64,000 bases of DNA from an uncultured Candidatus Pelagibacter sp. Lineage in GTDB: Bacteria; Pseudomonadota; Alphaproteobacteria; Paracaedibacterales; CAIOTO01. The notes beneath the pieces are model-generated. The model worked only from the letters and a program-made list of their open reading frames with translations. It had not been told where the DNA came from and did not search any database. Of the stretch, positions 19,768-28,303 are shown in pieces. The stretch lies in assembly GCA_964415115.1 (NCBI GenBank), contig CAYPYB010000004.1, positions 25,007 to 89,006 on the forward strand. Direction: 5' to 3'. Every line of letters begins with the position of its first letter. The stretch's first letter is position 1. The position numbers and the translations under genes were made by a program.

Positions 19768-20256
19768 TTAAAAAATAAATAAATCTTGTAAAAGACTATT
19801 TAATCTGGCTATTGTATTTTCATGCATAAAACTTTCATCTTTTTTCCAAAAATCCCATCCATACAAAAATAACATTAACCATACCCAAGAAATACTGATA
19901 GGTATGTGAATAGGTTGCATCAGTTGCAATTGCGCTAAAAAAGGAAGGTCTTTAGACACTTCGTAGATCAAATGACGTGAATTGATTTTTACATTATTTG
20001 TTTCAATAGCCAAATACTGCAAGACTCTTTTTGAATAATTAAGTGTATCACATACGTGTTCTAAATTTAGAACAGAACATTGATTCATCACGTATTGAAA
20101 TTCCTGATGATCGTCAAAAGTTTCAAAATGAAAAATCAAGCTTTCTAAAATTTTTTCTGAAACCGGGTAATCTTTTAACCTGACCATATCGTGATACAAT
20201 AATAATTCTAATTCAGATAAAAGCAAACGTAGATTTTTGTGGTGCAAGGGTTCCAA
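19768..20256 (-). CDS. Hypothetical protein with one C-proximal hydrophobic segment
   Basis: 162 aa. One hydrophobic stretch, IPISISWVWLMLFLYGWDFW. It starts 18 nt after the stop of the upstream gene, which is an operon-like arrangement. No family recognised. Confidence 0.45.
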   Translation of the reverse strand: MEPLHHKNLRLLLSELELLLYHDMVRLKDYPVSEKILESLIFHFETFDDHQEFQYVMNQCSVLNLEHVCDTLNYSKRVLQYLAIETNNVKINSRHLIYEVSKDLPFLAQLQLMQPIHIPISISWVWLMLFLYGWDFWKKDESFMHENTIARLNSLLQDLFIF

Positions 20257-20274
20257 AATCCAGATAATCCAATA

Positions 20275-21348
20275 TCAATGACCTTTTTCTATCATATACT
20301 TTCCAACAGCTCTTGCAAGTGCTTCATACGACTTTGGCAAATCTATACCTTTTTTGATATAGCTTTTTGCATATCTTGCTTGGTCAACAGATACAATATA
20401 TTGAAGCGTTTGTTTGATAGGTAGTTCTTTTATTGTTTTTTTGTGACTAAACAATTGTAACGCCATTTCCATGACTTCCTCTCCTTGTTCAAAAGGAGAT
20501 GCACCGATGGATAGGGCCGCACCATCTTCTGTTACGAAACCATTTAACCCCAAAATCAAAGTCTGTGAATTTTCAAACGCCCATTTCATAACCTTGTCAG
20601 CGGGAACTAATTTATCTGTTCCATCATTAAAAATTTTTCTATAATTTGAGACTAAAATAACGTCAGCTATTTTTTCAGATTTTTTAATAGCATTTTGCCA
20701 ATCAGAAAAAGTTTTAACTTGAATAGAAGGTAATAATTCTATGTTACCCCAGTTTTTAAAGTCTATAAAACGTTGATTATCTAAAATAGCTGTCTTAGAG
20801 GTATCATAAATATGAACAGCACGTATTTTTTTATGTGGTGTGATTTTTGATTTTACATATGTTAAAAAGTCTACAACTGCATCTATTGGAATTCGCTCTA
20901 AATATCCCGTAACATTCTTTGCAGTTTTATAGCCGTAATCATCGATTTGTGAATTGACACCCGCAAAAACTAACCGAATATCAGGATGATTTACATAATG
21001 TCTGGCAACATATTTTTGGGCATCATCATCTATGGCAATAATAATACTGGGCTTTAAAATAGATATTATTTCTTGAGATATTTTTCCAGCTTTAACAATA
21101 TCTTCTTGCTTAGGGTGATTTTTAGTATCCATATAATGGTACTTCACGACGATATACGATTTTTGTTTTTCCAAAACCCTATCAATACCTTTGTTGATAT
21201 CCTTAACCCAGGGATAATCCGTATTATAACTATGGATAACCAAAATAACAGACTTTTGTGCACAATAATGCACCATAAAACACACGGCACCGATGACAAC
21301 AAAAAGTCGAAAAAAATTCTCATTCAATAAAGATTTAATACTTTTCAT
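20275..21348 (-). CDS. Membrane-anchored periplasmic-binding-protein-like protein (ABC_sub_bind-type fold)
   Basis: 357 aa with an N-terminal TM (FFRLFVVIGAVCFMV). The segments VILVIHSYNTDYPWVKDINKGI, IIIAIDDDAQKYV, VFAGVN and AKNVTGYLE follow the pattern of ABC_sub_bind / sensor periplasmic PBP-like domains. Confidence 0.45.
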   Translation of the reverse strand: MKSIKSLLNENFFRLFVVIGAVCFMVHYCAQKSVILVIHSYNTDYPWVKDINKGIDRVLEKQKSYIVVKYHYMDTKNHPKQEDIVKAGKISQEIISILKPSIIIAIDDDAQKYVARHYVNHPDIRLVFAGVNSQIDDYGYKTAKNVTGYLERIPIDAVVDFLTYVKSKITPHKKIRAVHIYDTSKTAILDNQRFIDFKNWGNIELLPSIQVKTFSDWQNAIKKSEKIADVILVSNYRKIFNDGTDKLVPADKVMKWAFENSQTLILGLNGFVTEDGAALSIGASPFEQGEEVMEMALQLFSHKKTIKELPIKQTLQYIVSVDQARYAKSYIKKGIDLPKSYEALARAVGKYMIEKGH

Positions 21349-21370
21349 TTATTTTCCTCTCCTATCAAGA

Positions 21371-22777
21371 TCATGTTACATAATCCCAATAAAATACTGA
21401 GGCTAAAACAGCTAAAATTCTAAAAAAGTTGATACATCTTTGGAATTTCAAGAATATTTTTTCATCATAAATAATTTCATCCTGCTCTAACTGCATTTTA
21501 TAAAACGTATAGATGTACGATTGATAGGGAAAAAACCAAGCATCGGTAATAGTTAAAATTACAAAAGCTATAGACCAAGCACTCACTTGAAATGGAATAT
21601 GCAAAGGTAATAAAATAGGTAAAAGCATAGACACTGTTGCCGTTATGGGAAGAAATAATCTAACTATAAATGTTGTGATGATCACAAAAATATACAAAAT
21701 ATATTTAGAATGGCTGATATCTAACAAAAACAAAGCTATAGGTTGAGAAACAATTTTATCAATTTCAAAATAGATAATAAGTTTAGATATACTAACGGCT
21801 GAACCAATAAGGAAAATAATGGTCCAATTTATTTTTCTCATGATCGTTTTAGCATCTACAACTTCTAAAATCATAATAATGCATGTTAATGTCAATGCTA
21901 TAAATGTTGGAGATATACGATGCACAGGGTAAGTCAACATTCCAATAACTAAAACTGCTATAGATCCTAAAGAAAACATTTCTCCCATCGATAATGTTCC
22001 CATGGCTTCTAATTCTTCTTGGATAACATCGGGATGAGTATCAATGAGAAACTGATTTTTAAAAATAAATTTATGAACAATAATGTATCCAATAACCAGA
22101 ACAATTAAAGCTACCAAAGATGCTTTCAGCCATCCTTCAATACCAAATCTAATTTCTTCTTGGACAGTGATAAATTGATTGACCATAAAATTCATTAAAG
22201 ATGCGCTAATGAAACATGTTCCTAAAATCGAAGAACCTTGAAAGGAACTGATGACTAATCGATTATGCTGAGACCTCATTTTGGGCAGTCCCCAAAACAT
22301 AGACAGTTTTTTAATCAAGTTTGCAGCAAGCTCCATACGGGTAATGTTTGCTGGTAATAAAGGAGTTGCAATAGTGAATAAGATGAAACAGCATTTATCA
22401 TACATTTGTGGATTATGGCGCGTCATCGATAAAATATAAAAGATAACCCGAAGAATAATTCCAGAGTTTGTAATGATTGTCGTAATAATCATTAATCCAA
22501 TAATCATCATGAAAGCTTCAGACGCATAACCTGACAAAATGACCTTTGATGGTGCCAAATCAAAAACAGCTACACCACATAATACAAACAATGCAGGAAC
22601 AAATTCTACAAACCAATTTAAAGACCACATTAAAGATGCGGTCATCATCAAAGCTATGAAAAGAGATAATTTTTCATCTAAAACACCGCTAAATGACTGA
22701 TAAGAAAAAATGGGAACCAATGCAATGAAGCACCATCCTACAGATTTTATTAAACTTTTTTTATCTTGCTTTTTCAA
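21371..22777 (-). CDS. Ion-transporter-superfamily anion permease, DASS (SLC13)-like
   Basis: 468 aa polytopic protein. The N-terminal region (ALMMTASLMWSLNWFVEFVPALFVL...LSGYASEAFMMIIGLMIITTIITNSGIILRVIFYIL) follows the DASS pattern (..lW.te.ip..vTal...l.gf.s..i.l..G.f.i...l..tGl..Ria). Confidence 0.45.
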   Translation of the reverse strand: MKKQDKKSLIKSVGWCFIALVPIFSYQSFSGVLDEKLSLFIALMMTASLMWSLNWFVEFVPALFVLCGVAVFDLAPSKVILSGYASEAFMMIIGLMIITTIITNSGIILRVIFYILSMTRHNPQMYDKCCFILFTIATPLLPANITRMELAANLIKKLSMFWGLPKMRSQHNRLVISSFQGSSILGTCFISASLMNFMVNQFITVQEEIRFGIEGWLKASLVALIVLVIGYIIVHKFIFKNQFLIDTHPDVIQEELEAMGTLSMGEMFSLGSIAVLVIGMLTYPVHRISPTFIALTLTCIIMILEVVDAKTIMRKINWTIIFLIGSAVSISKLIIYFEIDKIVSQPIALFLLDISHSKYILYIFVIITTFIVRLFLPITATVSMLLPILLPLHIPFQVSAWSIAFVILTITDAWFFPYQSYIYTFYKMQLEQDEIIYDEKIFLKFQRCINFFRILAVLASVFYWDYVT

Positions 22778-22901
22778 TTTTGAATAAATTTTACGAAACT
22801 ATAATCATGTTGAAGAAAAATAATTAATTTTTTGTGAAAATTTTCAAAATATTAGGATTTTATAAACACTATTACAATAGAATTGGCATGAAATATTAAA
22901 T

Positions 22902-23774
22902 ATGATACCTATGAAAAATAGCAGATTAACAAAACTTGAACTTATTATTAACTCTTTTGATGTATTTATATTTGATGTATGGGGTGTTATTCATAATGGT
23001 AAAAAAGTTTATAGTGGAATTATTGATAAATTTAATCTTCTTAAAAAACATAATAAGACTATTATTATCGCTTCAAATTCCCCAAGACCGTCCAACACCA
23101 TTAAAAAAGTGCTTGAATCGAAAGGACTAGATTCATTATTGTATGACTATCTCATAACATCTGGTGAAGTTTTTTTACACGATATCAACCTTAACAAATG
23201 TCCTTATATCGATCTTAGACAAAAAACCAAAACATTTCTTGTTGATGAAAATATTGACGATGTGAATGATGAACTCGTCTTTCAAATTCATCAAAAATTT
23301 CATATCGTAGAACAAATTGAAGATGCAGATGCATTAATCGCTTTGACCATTACTAAAAATAAAAAAATATTTGAAGAAAAATATAGCTCTATCACAGATT
23401 GTGCCCTGCATAAAAATATCCCCTTCTATTGCGTCAATGCAGATATCGTCGTATACGAAAATGAAGAACCTATTATCAGACCTGGTTATTGGGCAGGTAT
23501 ATATAATCAGCTTGGTGGGCATGTCATTTATTACGGAAAGCCTCATCATAAAATCTATGATTATATTTTTGATCTTATATCTGTACACAAAGACAGAATA
23601 CTAATGATTGGCGACAGTTTAGATACAGATATTTTAGGTGCTCATAAAATGGAAATTCAAAGCGCACTTGTTCTTAACAAACAAGAAAAAATACCGTTTT
23701 ACGCACCCTTTACGAATAGAGTTCTAACTAATGCAGCCCAACCCGATTTTTTCTTTCCCAATTGGGAATCTTAA
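22902..23774 (+). CDS. HAD-superfamily hydrolase, subfamily IIA (TIGR01459-like)
   Basis: 290 aa. FDVWGVIHNG nucleophile motif, ASNSPR, and GDSLDTDILGA motif IV. Confidence 0.7.
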   Translation: MIPMKNSRLTKLELIINSFDVFIFDVWGVIHNGKKVYSGIIDKFNLLKKHNKTIIIASNSPRPSNTIKKVLESKGLDSLLYDYLITSGEVFLHDINLNKCPYIDLRQKTKTFLVDENIDDVNDELVFQIHQKFHIVEQIEDADALIALTITKNKKIFEEKYSSITDCALHKNIPFYCVNADIVVYENEEPIIRPGYWAGIYNQLGGHVIYYGKPHHKIYDYIFDLISVHKDRILMIGDSLDTDILGAHKMEIQSALVLNKQEKIPFYAPFTNRVLTNAAQPDFFFPNWES

Positions 23775-23943
23775 AATTCAAATTTCAGATTTAAAAGTAG
23801 AACCCCAATAAACTTATAATCAAATTATATTTATGCATTTACATAAAGCGTTTGTTGAAAAAAAAAATATTTATGCTAAACTTTAAATAGAACTTTTCCA
23901 AAATAATTTTTTACTGGAAAATATCACTTTTTTATCATTTAAA

Positions 23944-25230
23944 ATGTTTAATCAAATAAATAAAAAAAACTTCTTTACGAAAAACCGCAATCTTAACGCC
24001 ATCATTTTTTCAAATTTTCTAAGCGGTATTGCAAGCGTAATGATCTTTTCAATTCTATCTTTGTACATGCACGAAGAACTTAAACTGTCTTATAAAGATG
24101 TTGGAGCCATCGAGGGTGGAGTGATTCTTTTTTCATTTGTAGCAAAAATCGTTTCTGGATACCTTAGTGATCGTTATAAAAAGAGAAAAATTTTTATTAT
24201 ATTGGGTATGGTTTTAGGTATAATCATTAAACCCATTTTCATATTTGCCCAAAGTTTTTTTTCTATTTTTTTTGCAAAAGGTATTGATCGTTTAGCAAAA
24301 GGTATTCGTGCCGCACCCACTGATGCTCTTATTGCAGATTCTGTTCACAAGTCACTCTATGAAAAAAGTTATTCTTTGCGTTGTGGATTATATGCACTTG
24401 GGTTTACTATTGGAGGTTTAGCATCCAGTTATTTAATGAAAAAACATAACAATAACTATCAATTAGTTTTTATGGTTTCATTAGTTCCATCTTTAACGGC
24501 CACACTCATTTCCATTCTTTTTATTGAAGACTGTGTTAAATATAATGATCACAATGAAATCGACAAGAATTCGCATTTAACCATTCTCTGTAACAAAAAT
24601 ATTTTTCACAATATTCGGCAACAATCCAAAACACTACCTCCATCCTTTTGGAATTTAATGGTGATTACTTTTATTCTGATGTTGGGTAGGTTTAGTGAGG
24701 CCTTTATCCATTTTAGAGGCAGAGATTATGGGATAGCCATATCGTCCATTCCATTGATGATGATTCTATACAATCTATCAGAATCATGCAGTGCTTTATG
24801 GATGAGCTCTCAATCAAAAAATGAATATAACAAATATCATTTATTAAAAGGTATTTTGTTTTTAAGCTTTGCTAATTTCATGCTGCTTCCTTTTTCTTAT
24901 TCGTACAGTGTCTTAATTTCTATTTGTTGTGCGGGTATTCACATGGGGGTAACGCAAAGCCTTATCGGTGCTATGATTGCAAGGGATGCACCTGCTCACC
25001 TTAGAGGGACAGCTTTTTCTGTTTTTTATCTTGTGTCAGGTATAGCTGTGCCACTCGGCAATTATTTTGCAGGTTCTTGTGCACAATGGTCGCAAAAACT
25101 TGGATTAGGAACTTCAGGAGCATTCATGTGGGGACTAATCGCAACCGTAGCTGCTGCGTGTATGTGTTATCTTTATAACCAGAAAGAAAAAAAAGAAAAA
25201 ACCCATAATTCATCTCACTTCTTTTCATAA
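23944..25230 (+). CDS. MFS transporter
   Basis: 428 aa with about 12 hydrophobic segments and an MFS motif-A-like GYLSDRYKKRKIF. Confidence 0.7.
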   Translation: MFNQINKKNFFTKNRNLNAIIFSNFLSGIASVMIFSILSLYMHEELKLSYKDVGAIEGGVILFSFVAKIVSGYLSDRYKKRKIFIILGMVLGIIIKPIFIFAQSFFSIFFAKGIDRLAKGIRAAPTDALIADSVHKSLYEKSYSLRCGLYALGFTIGGLASSYLMKKHNNNYQLVFMVSLVPSLTATLISILFIEDCVKYNDHNEIDKNSHLTILCNKNIFHNIRQQSKTLPPSFWNLMVITFILMLGRFSEAFIHFRGRDYGIAISSIPLMMILYNLSESCSALWMSSQSKNEYNKYHLLKGILFLSFANFMLLPFSYSYSVLISICCAGIHMGVTQSLIGAMIARDAPAHLRGTAFSVFYLVSGIAVPLGNYFAGSCAQWSQKLGLGTSGAFMWGLIATVAAACMCYLYNQKEKKEKTHNSSHFFS

Positions 25231-25276
25231 AATACTTTATGCTAAAAGTCACTGTAGATACATTAAAATTCAAAAG

Positions 25277-25510
25277 ATGAACGCATTCCCTTTTTCCATC
25301 ATTGAAACGGTTGTTATTTTATTTTGCTCTTGGTGGATGTTTTTCTTCTTAGTACTACCTTTTGGCGTAAAATCTGATTCAGATTTGCCTGAAAAGGGTC
25401 ATGATACAGGTGCACCACAAGTACATCATCTGAAAGCAAAAGTTTGGATTAATACAGGCATAACTTTGTTATTTTATATCTTGCTTTGTATCTATCAGTT
25501 TTTCTTTTAA
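25277..25510 (+). CDS. DUF1467 family small membrane protein
   Basis: 77 aa. WWMFFFLVLPFGVKSD...GHDTGAPQVHHLKAKVWINT matches my recollection of the DUF1467 pattern, which is conserved in alphaproteobacteria. Confidence 0.55.
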   Translation: MNAFPFSIIETVVILFCSWWMFFFLVLPFGVKSDSDLPEKGHDTGAPQVHHLKAKVWINTGITLLFYILLCIYQFFF

Positions 25511-25541
25511 AAAAAATTTGAGAGCCTAGACTAATTCCTAT

Positions 25542-26111
25542 CTAAAGAACACCAAGGTCTTTATCTTTATTTTCGTTTATGGTTTGGGCACCTTGACCTA
25601 TAATCATACTTTCCCCTTTTATCACATAAGGCTTATAAGGAATGTTATAATGTAGCTTTTCAAATAACTCGTCCTTTTTAGACGATAACGTATATATTTC
25701 TTGAGAGAAACCAAATTCTTGAAGCGCTTTCAAGTCAGGGTTTTCATCTAAGCTATCATCACAATCCTGTAATGCTAATTCTTGTAATTCGTCATATACA
25801 TCTGAATATCCATCAAATCGTTCGGTATAACCATAAGATTCTTTGATGTAGTCTTTTGTTCTTTCCTCTAAAAGAGCATCATCGATTTCATTTTGTTTTC
25901 GTGTTTCTCTTATTTTGTTCATCAAATATTGAAAAGTTACTTGCATTTGCCCTTGCATTGCGTAAGTTTCTAAATTAACTACTTGGGGATTGTCTAAAGC
26001 AGGGCCTTCTTTTTTTGGTTCTGAATCAACACTCTTCATTTCTTTGATGTCTTTATCGCTTTTAAAAAGGTTAAGTATAACGCGTGAGTTACTTATGACT
26101 GACCCAATCAT
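25542..26111 (-). CDS. Hypothetical acidic protein
   Basis: 189-aa intact ORF rich in D/E. No family recognised. Confidence 0.4.
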   Translation of the reverse strand: MIGSVISNSRVILNLFKSDKDIKEMKSVDSEPKKEGPALDNPQVVNLETYAMQGQMQVTFQYLMNKIRETRKQNEIDDALLEERTKDYIKESYGYTERFDGYSDVYDELQELALQDCDDSLDENPDLKALQEFGFSQEIYTLSSKKDELFEKLHYNIPYKPYVIKGESMIIGQGAQTINENKDKDLGVL

Positions 26112-26193
26112 TCTTTCTCCTTAAAATAAATAAAATAAAATTAATAATAAATTAAATTTTAAATACAAGTCAAGAAAATAAATACAATATTAA

Positions 26194-28266
26194 TTAATTA
26201 TACTTCAATAATATTTCAGACCATTCTTTTTCGTCTATAATTTTGATATTAAGTCTTTGAGCATCCTGTAGTTTCTTGCCACAATCCTTGCCAGCCACAA
26301 CCATAGCTGTATTTTTCGTAACAGAAGAACCTACTAAAACCCCTAATTTTTCAGCTTGAGCCTTTATCTCTGTTCGACTTAATGATTCCAAAGTACCTGT
26401 AAAAACAATCACTTGTCCTTTCAATTCAGATTCTATGACATTATTGTTCAAGACTAATAATTCTACATGACTCAAAACATTCTTAATAGTTCGAATGTTT
26501 TGGTCATCATTTAAGAACGAAAAAATTTCCAACGCACTGATTTCACCAATGTTTTCTATATCCACAAGATCTTGAACGGTAACCTGTTGAATAGCTTCCC
26601 AACTTTCAAAACGCAACGCTAATATTTTTGCTGTTTGACGTCCTACTGTTGGAATGCCTAACGCAAAAATAAATCTATCTATCACTATCTGTTTTTTAGA
26701 TCGAATAGACTTAAACAGGTTATCTACTGTTTTTTGCCCCCACCCTTTTCTTGTTTCCAAAGGTTGAGATAAAGTTGCATTTAGCTTTTCTAATTCAAAA
26801 ATATCTGCTGGTTCTTTTAACACACCCCATTCATACAATTGATTCATCGTTTTTTCGCCTAACCCTTCGATATCAAAAGCATCACGGCTAACGAAATGAT
26901 ATAATTTTTCTAGAATTTGTGCAGGGCACGTTTTAGATGAAATACATTTTTTAAAAACACCATCACTATTTTTGACAATTTCACCACCACAACTGGGGCA
27001 AGCACTCGGCATCTCAAACATTTCTGAATCATGAGGCCTGCGACTCAAATTAACACCTGTAATTTTAGGAATAACATCACCCGATCTTTGAATCGTTACA
27101 AAATCTCCAATACGAATATCTTTCCTTTTAATCTCGTCTTCGTTATGTAACGTTGCTTTGGATACAACGACTCCACCTACCATAACCGGCTGAAGATGAG
27201 CAACAGGAGTTAACACACCTGTCCTTCCAACCTGAACATCTATTTTAATAAGTTTTGTTTCAACGGTTTGGGCAGAAAATTTAAACGCTACAGAATGTCT
27301 TGGCGTTCTTCCTATTGAACCTAAACGATTCTGCAATTTCAAATCATTTAATTTTAAGACAACACCATCAATTTCGTAGGGTAATGATTCCCTTAATTGT
27401 TCAATTTGCGAATAAACTTTTAAAATATCTGGATAGGTACAACATAATTGTGACATGGGATTAACTTGAAAACCCCAACTTTTCAAACGTTTTAAAATAT
27501 CTTCTTGTGTTTGGTCTAAATCAGAATCGATAGAATCGTAGGCATAGGCGAAAAATCGCAAAGATCTTTTTTTGACTTCTTCAGAATCTAGCATACGCAA
27601 AGAACCAGCTGCAGCGTTTCTAGCATTGGCAAAAGGCAATAAATTTTCTTGTTCTTTTAATTTATTCAAATCGCAAAAATCTTCTTTTGCCATATAAACT
27701 TCGCCTCTAATTTCAATACTGGTGGGTATATTTTCACCTGATAATTGTAGAGGAATTTCTTGAATTGTTTTCAGATTAGAGGTGACATTTTCACCTTCCT
27801 GACCATCTCCTCTGGTTGCACCCAAAACAAATAATCCTTGATAATAATGCAAAGAAGCTGACAAACCATCAATTTTAGGTTCGACCATAAAAGCTAAATC
27901 ATTCATACTTTCTAATTTTAGATAACGTAAAATTTTATCAAAAAAATTCTTAAGTTCTTCTTCCTTAAACACATTATCTAAAGACAACATAGGTTTCCTG
28001 TGCTTAACTTTTTGAATGGCTCCCGTCAATGGGGATCCAATTCTGTGGTTTGGACTATCAAGACGTCTAAGATCTGGAAATCTTTTTTCTATTTCAGTGT
28101 TTCGAATTCTTAACGCATCATAGGCTGCATCTGAAATTAAAGGTTGAGAACTATTATAGTAATAATAATCATAATCGGCCATTTCACGCGACAAATAGCC
28201 AAGCTCTTGCCTTGCTTGTTCTTTGGTAAGATCTTTTAAATCGATTAATCTTATATTATTGTGCAT
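26194..28266 (-). CDS. ligA: NAD-dependent DNA ligase
   Basis: 690 aa. Adenylation motif EPKIDGLS, a four-Cys zinc finger (CPSCGGEIV...CISSKTCPAQ), HhH repeats and a C-terminal BRCT domain (GQVIVFTGTL). Confidence 0.9.
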   Translation of the reverse strand: MHNNIRLIDLKDLTKEQARQELGYLSREMADYDYYYYNSSQPLISDAAYDALRIRNTEIEKRFPDLRRLDSPNHRIGSPLTGAIQKVKHRKPMLSLDNVFKEEELKNFFDKILRYLKLESMNDLAFMVEPKIDGLSASLHYYQGLFVLGATRGDGQEGENVTSNLKTIQEIPLQLSGENIPTSIEIRGEVYMAKEDFCDLNKLKEQENLLPFANARNAAAGSLRMLDSEEVKKRSLRFFAYAYDSIDSDLDQTQEDILKRLKSWGFQVNPMSQLCCTYPDILKVYSQIEQLRESLPYEIDGVVLKLNDLKLQNRLGSIGRTPRHSVAFKFSAQTVETKLIKIDVQVGRTGVLTPVAHLQPVMVGGVVVSKATLHNEDEIKRKDIRIGDFVTIQRSGDVIPKITGVNLSRRPHDSEMFEMPSACPSCGGEIVKNSDGVFKKCISSKTCPAQILEKLYHFVSRDAFDIEGLGEKTMNQLYEWGVLKEPADIFELEKLNATLSQPLETRKGWGQKTVDNLFKSIRSKKQIVIDRFIFALGIPTVGRQTAKILALRFESWEAIQQVTVQDLVDIENIGEISALEIFSFLNDDQNIRTIKNVLSHVELLVLNNNVIESELKGQVIVFTGTLESLSRTEIKAQAEKLGVLVGSSVTKNTAMVVAGKDCGKKLQDAQRLNIKIIDEKEWSEILLKYN

Positions 28267-28303
28267 CTCGTTTTCTTTCTATGCCTGTATAAAATTGTAT
28301 TTT

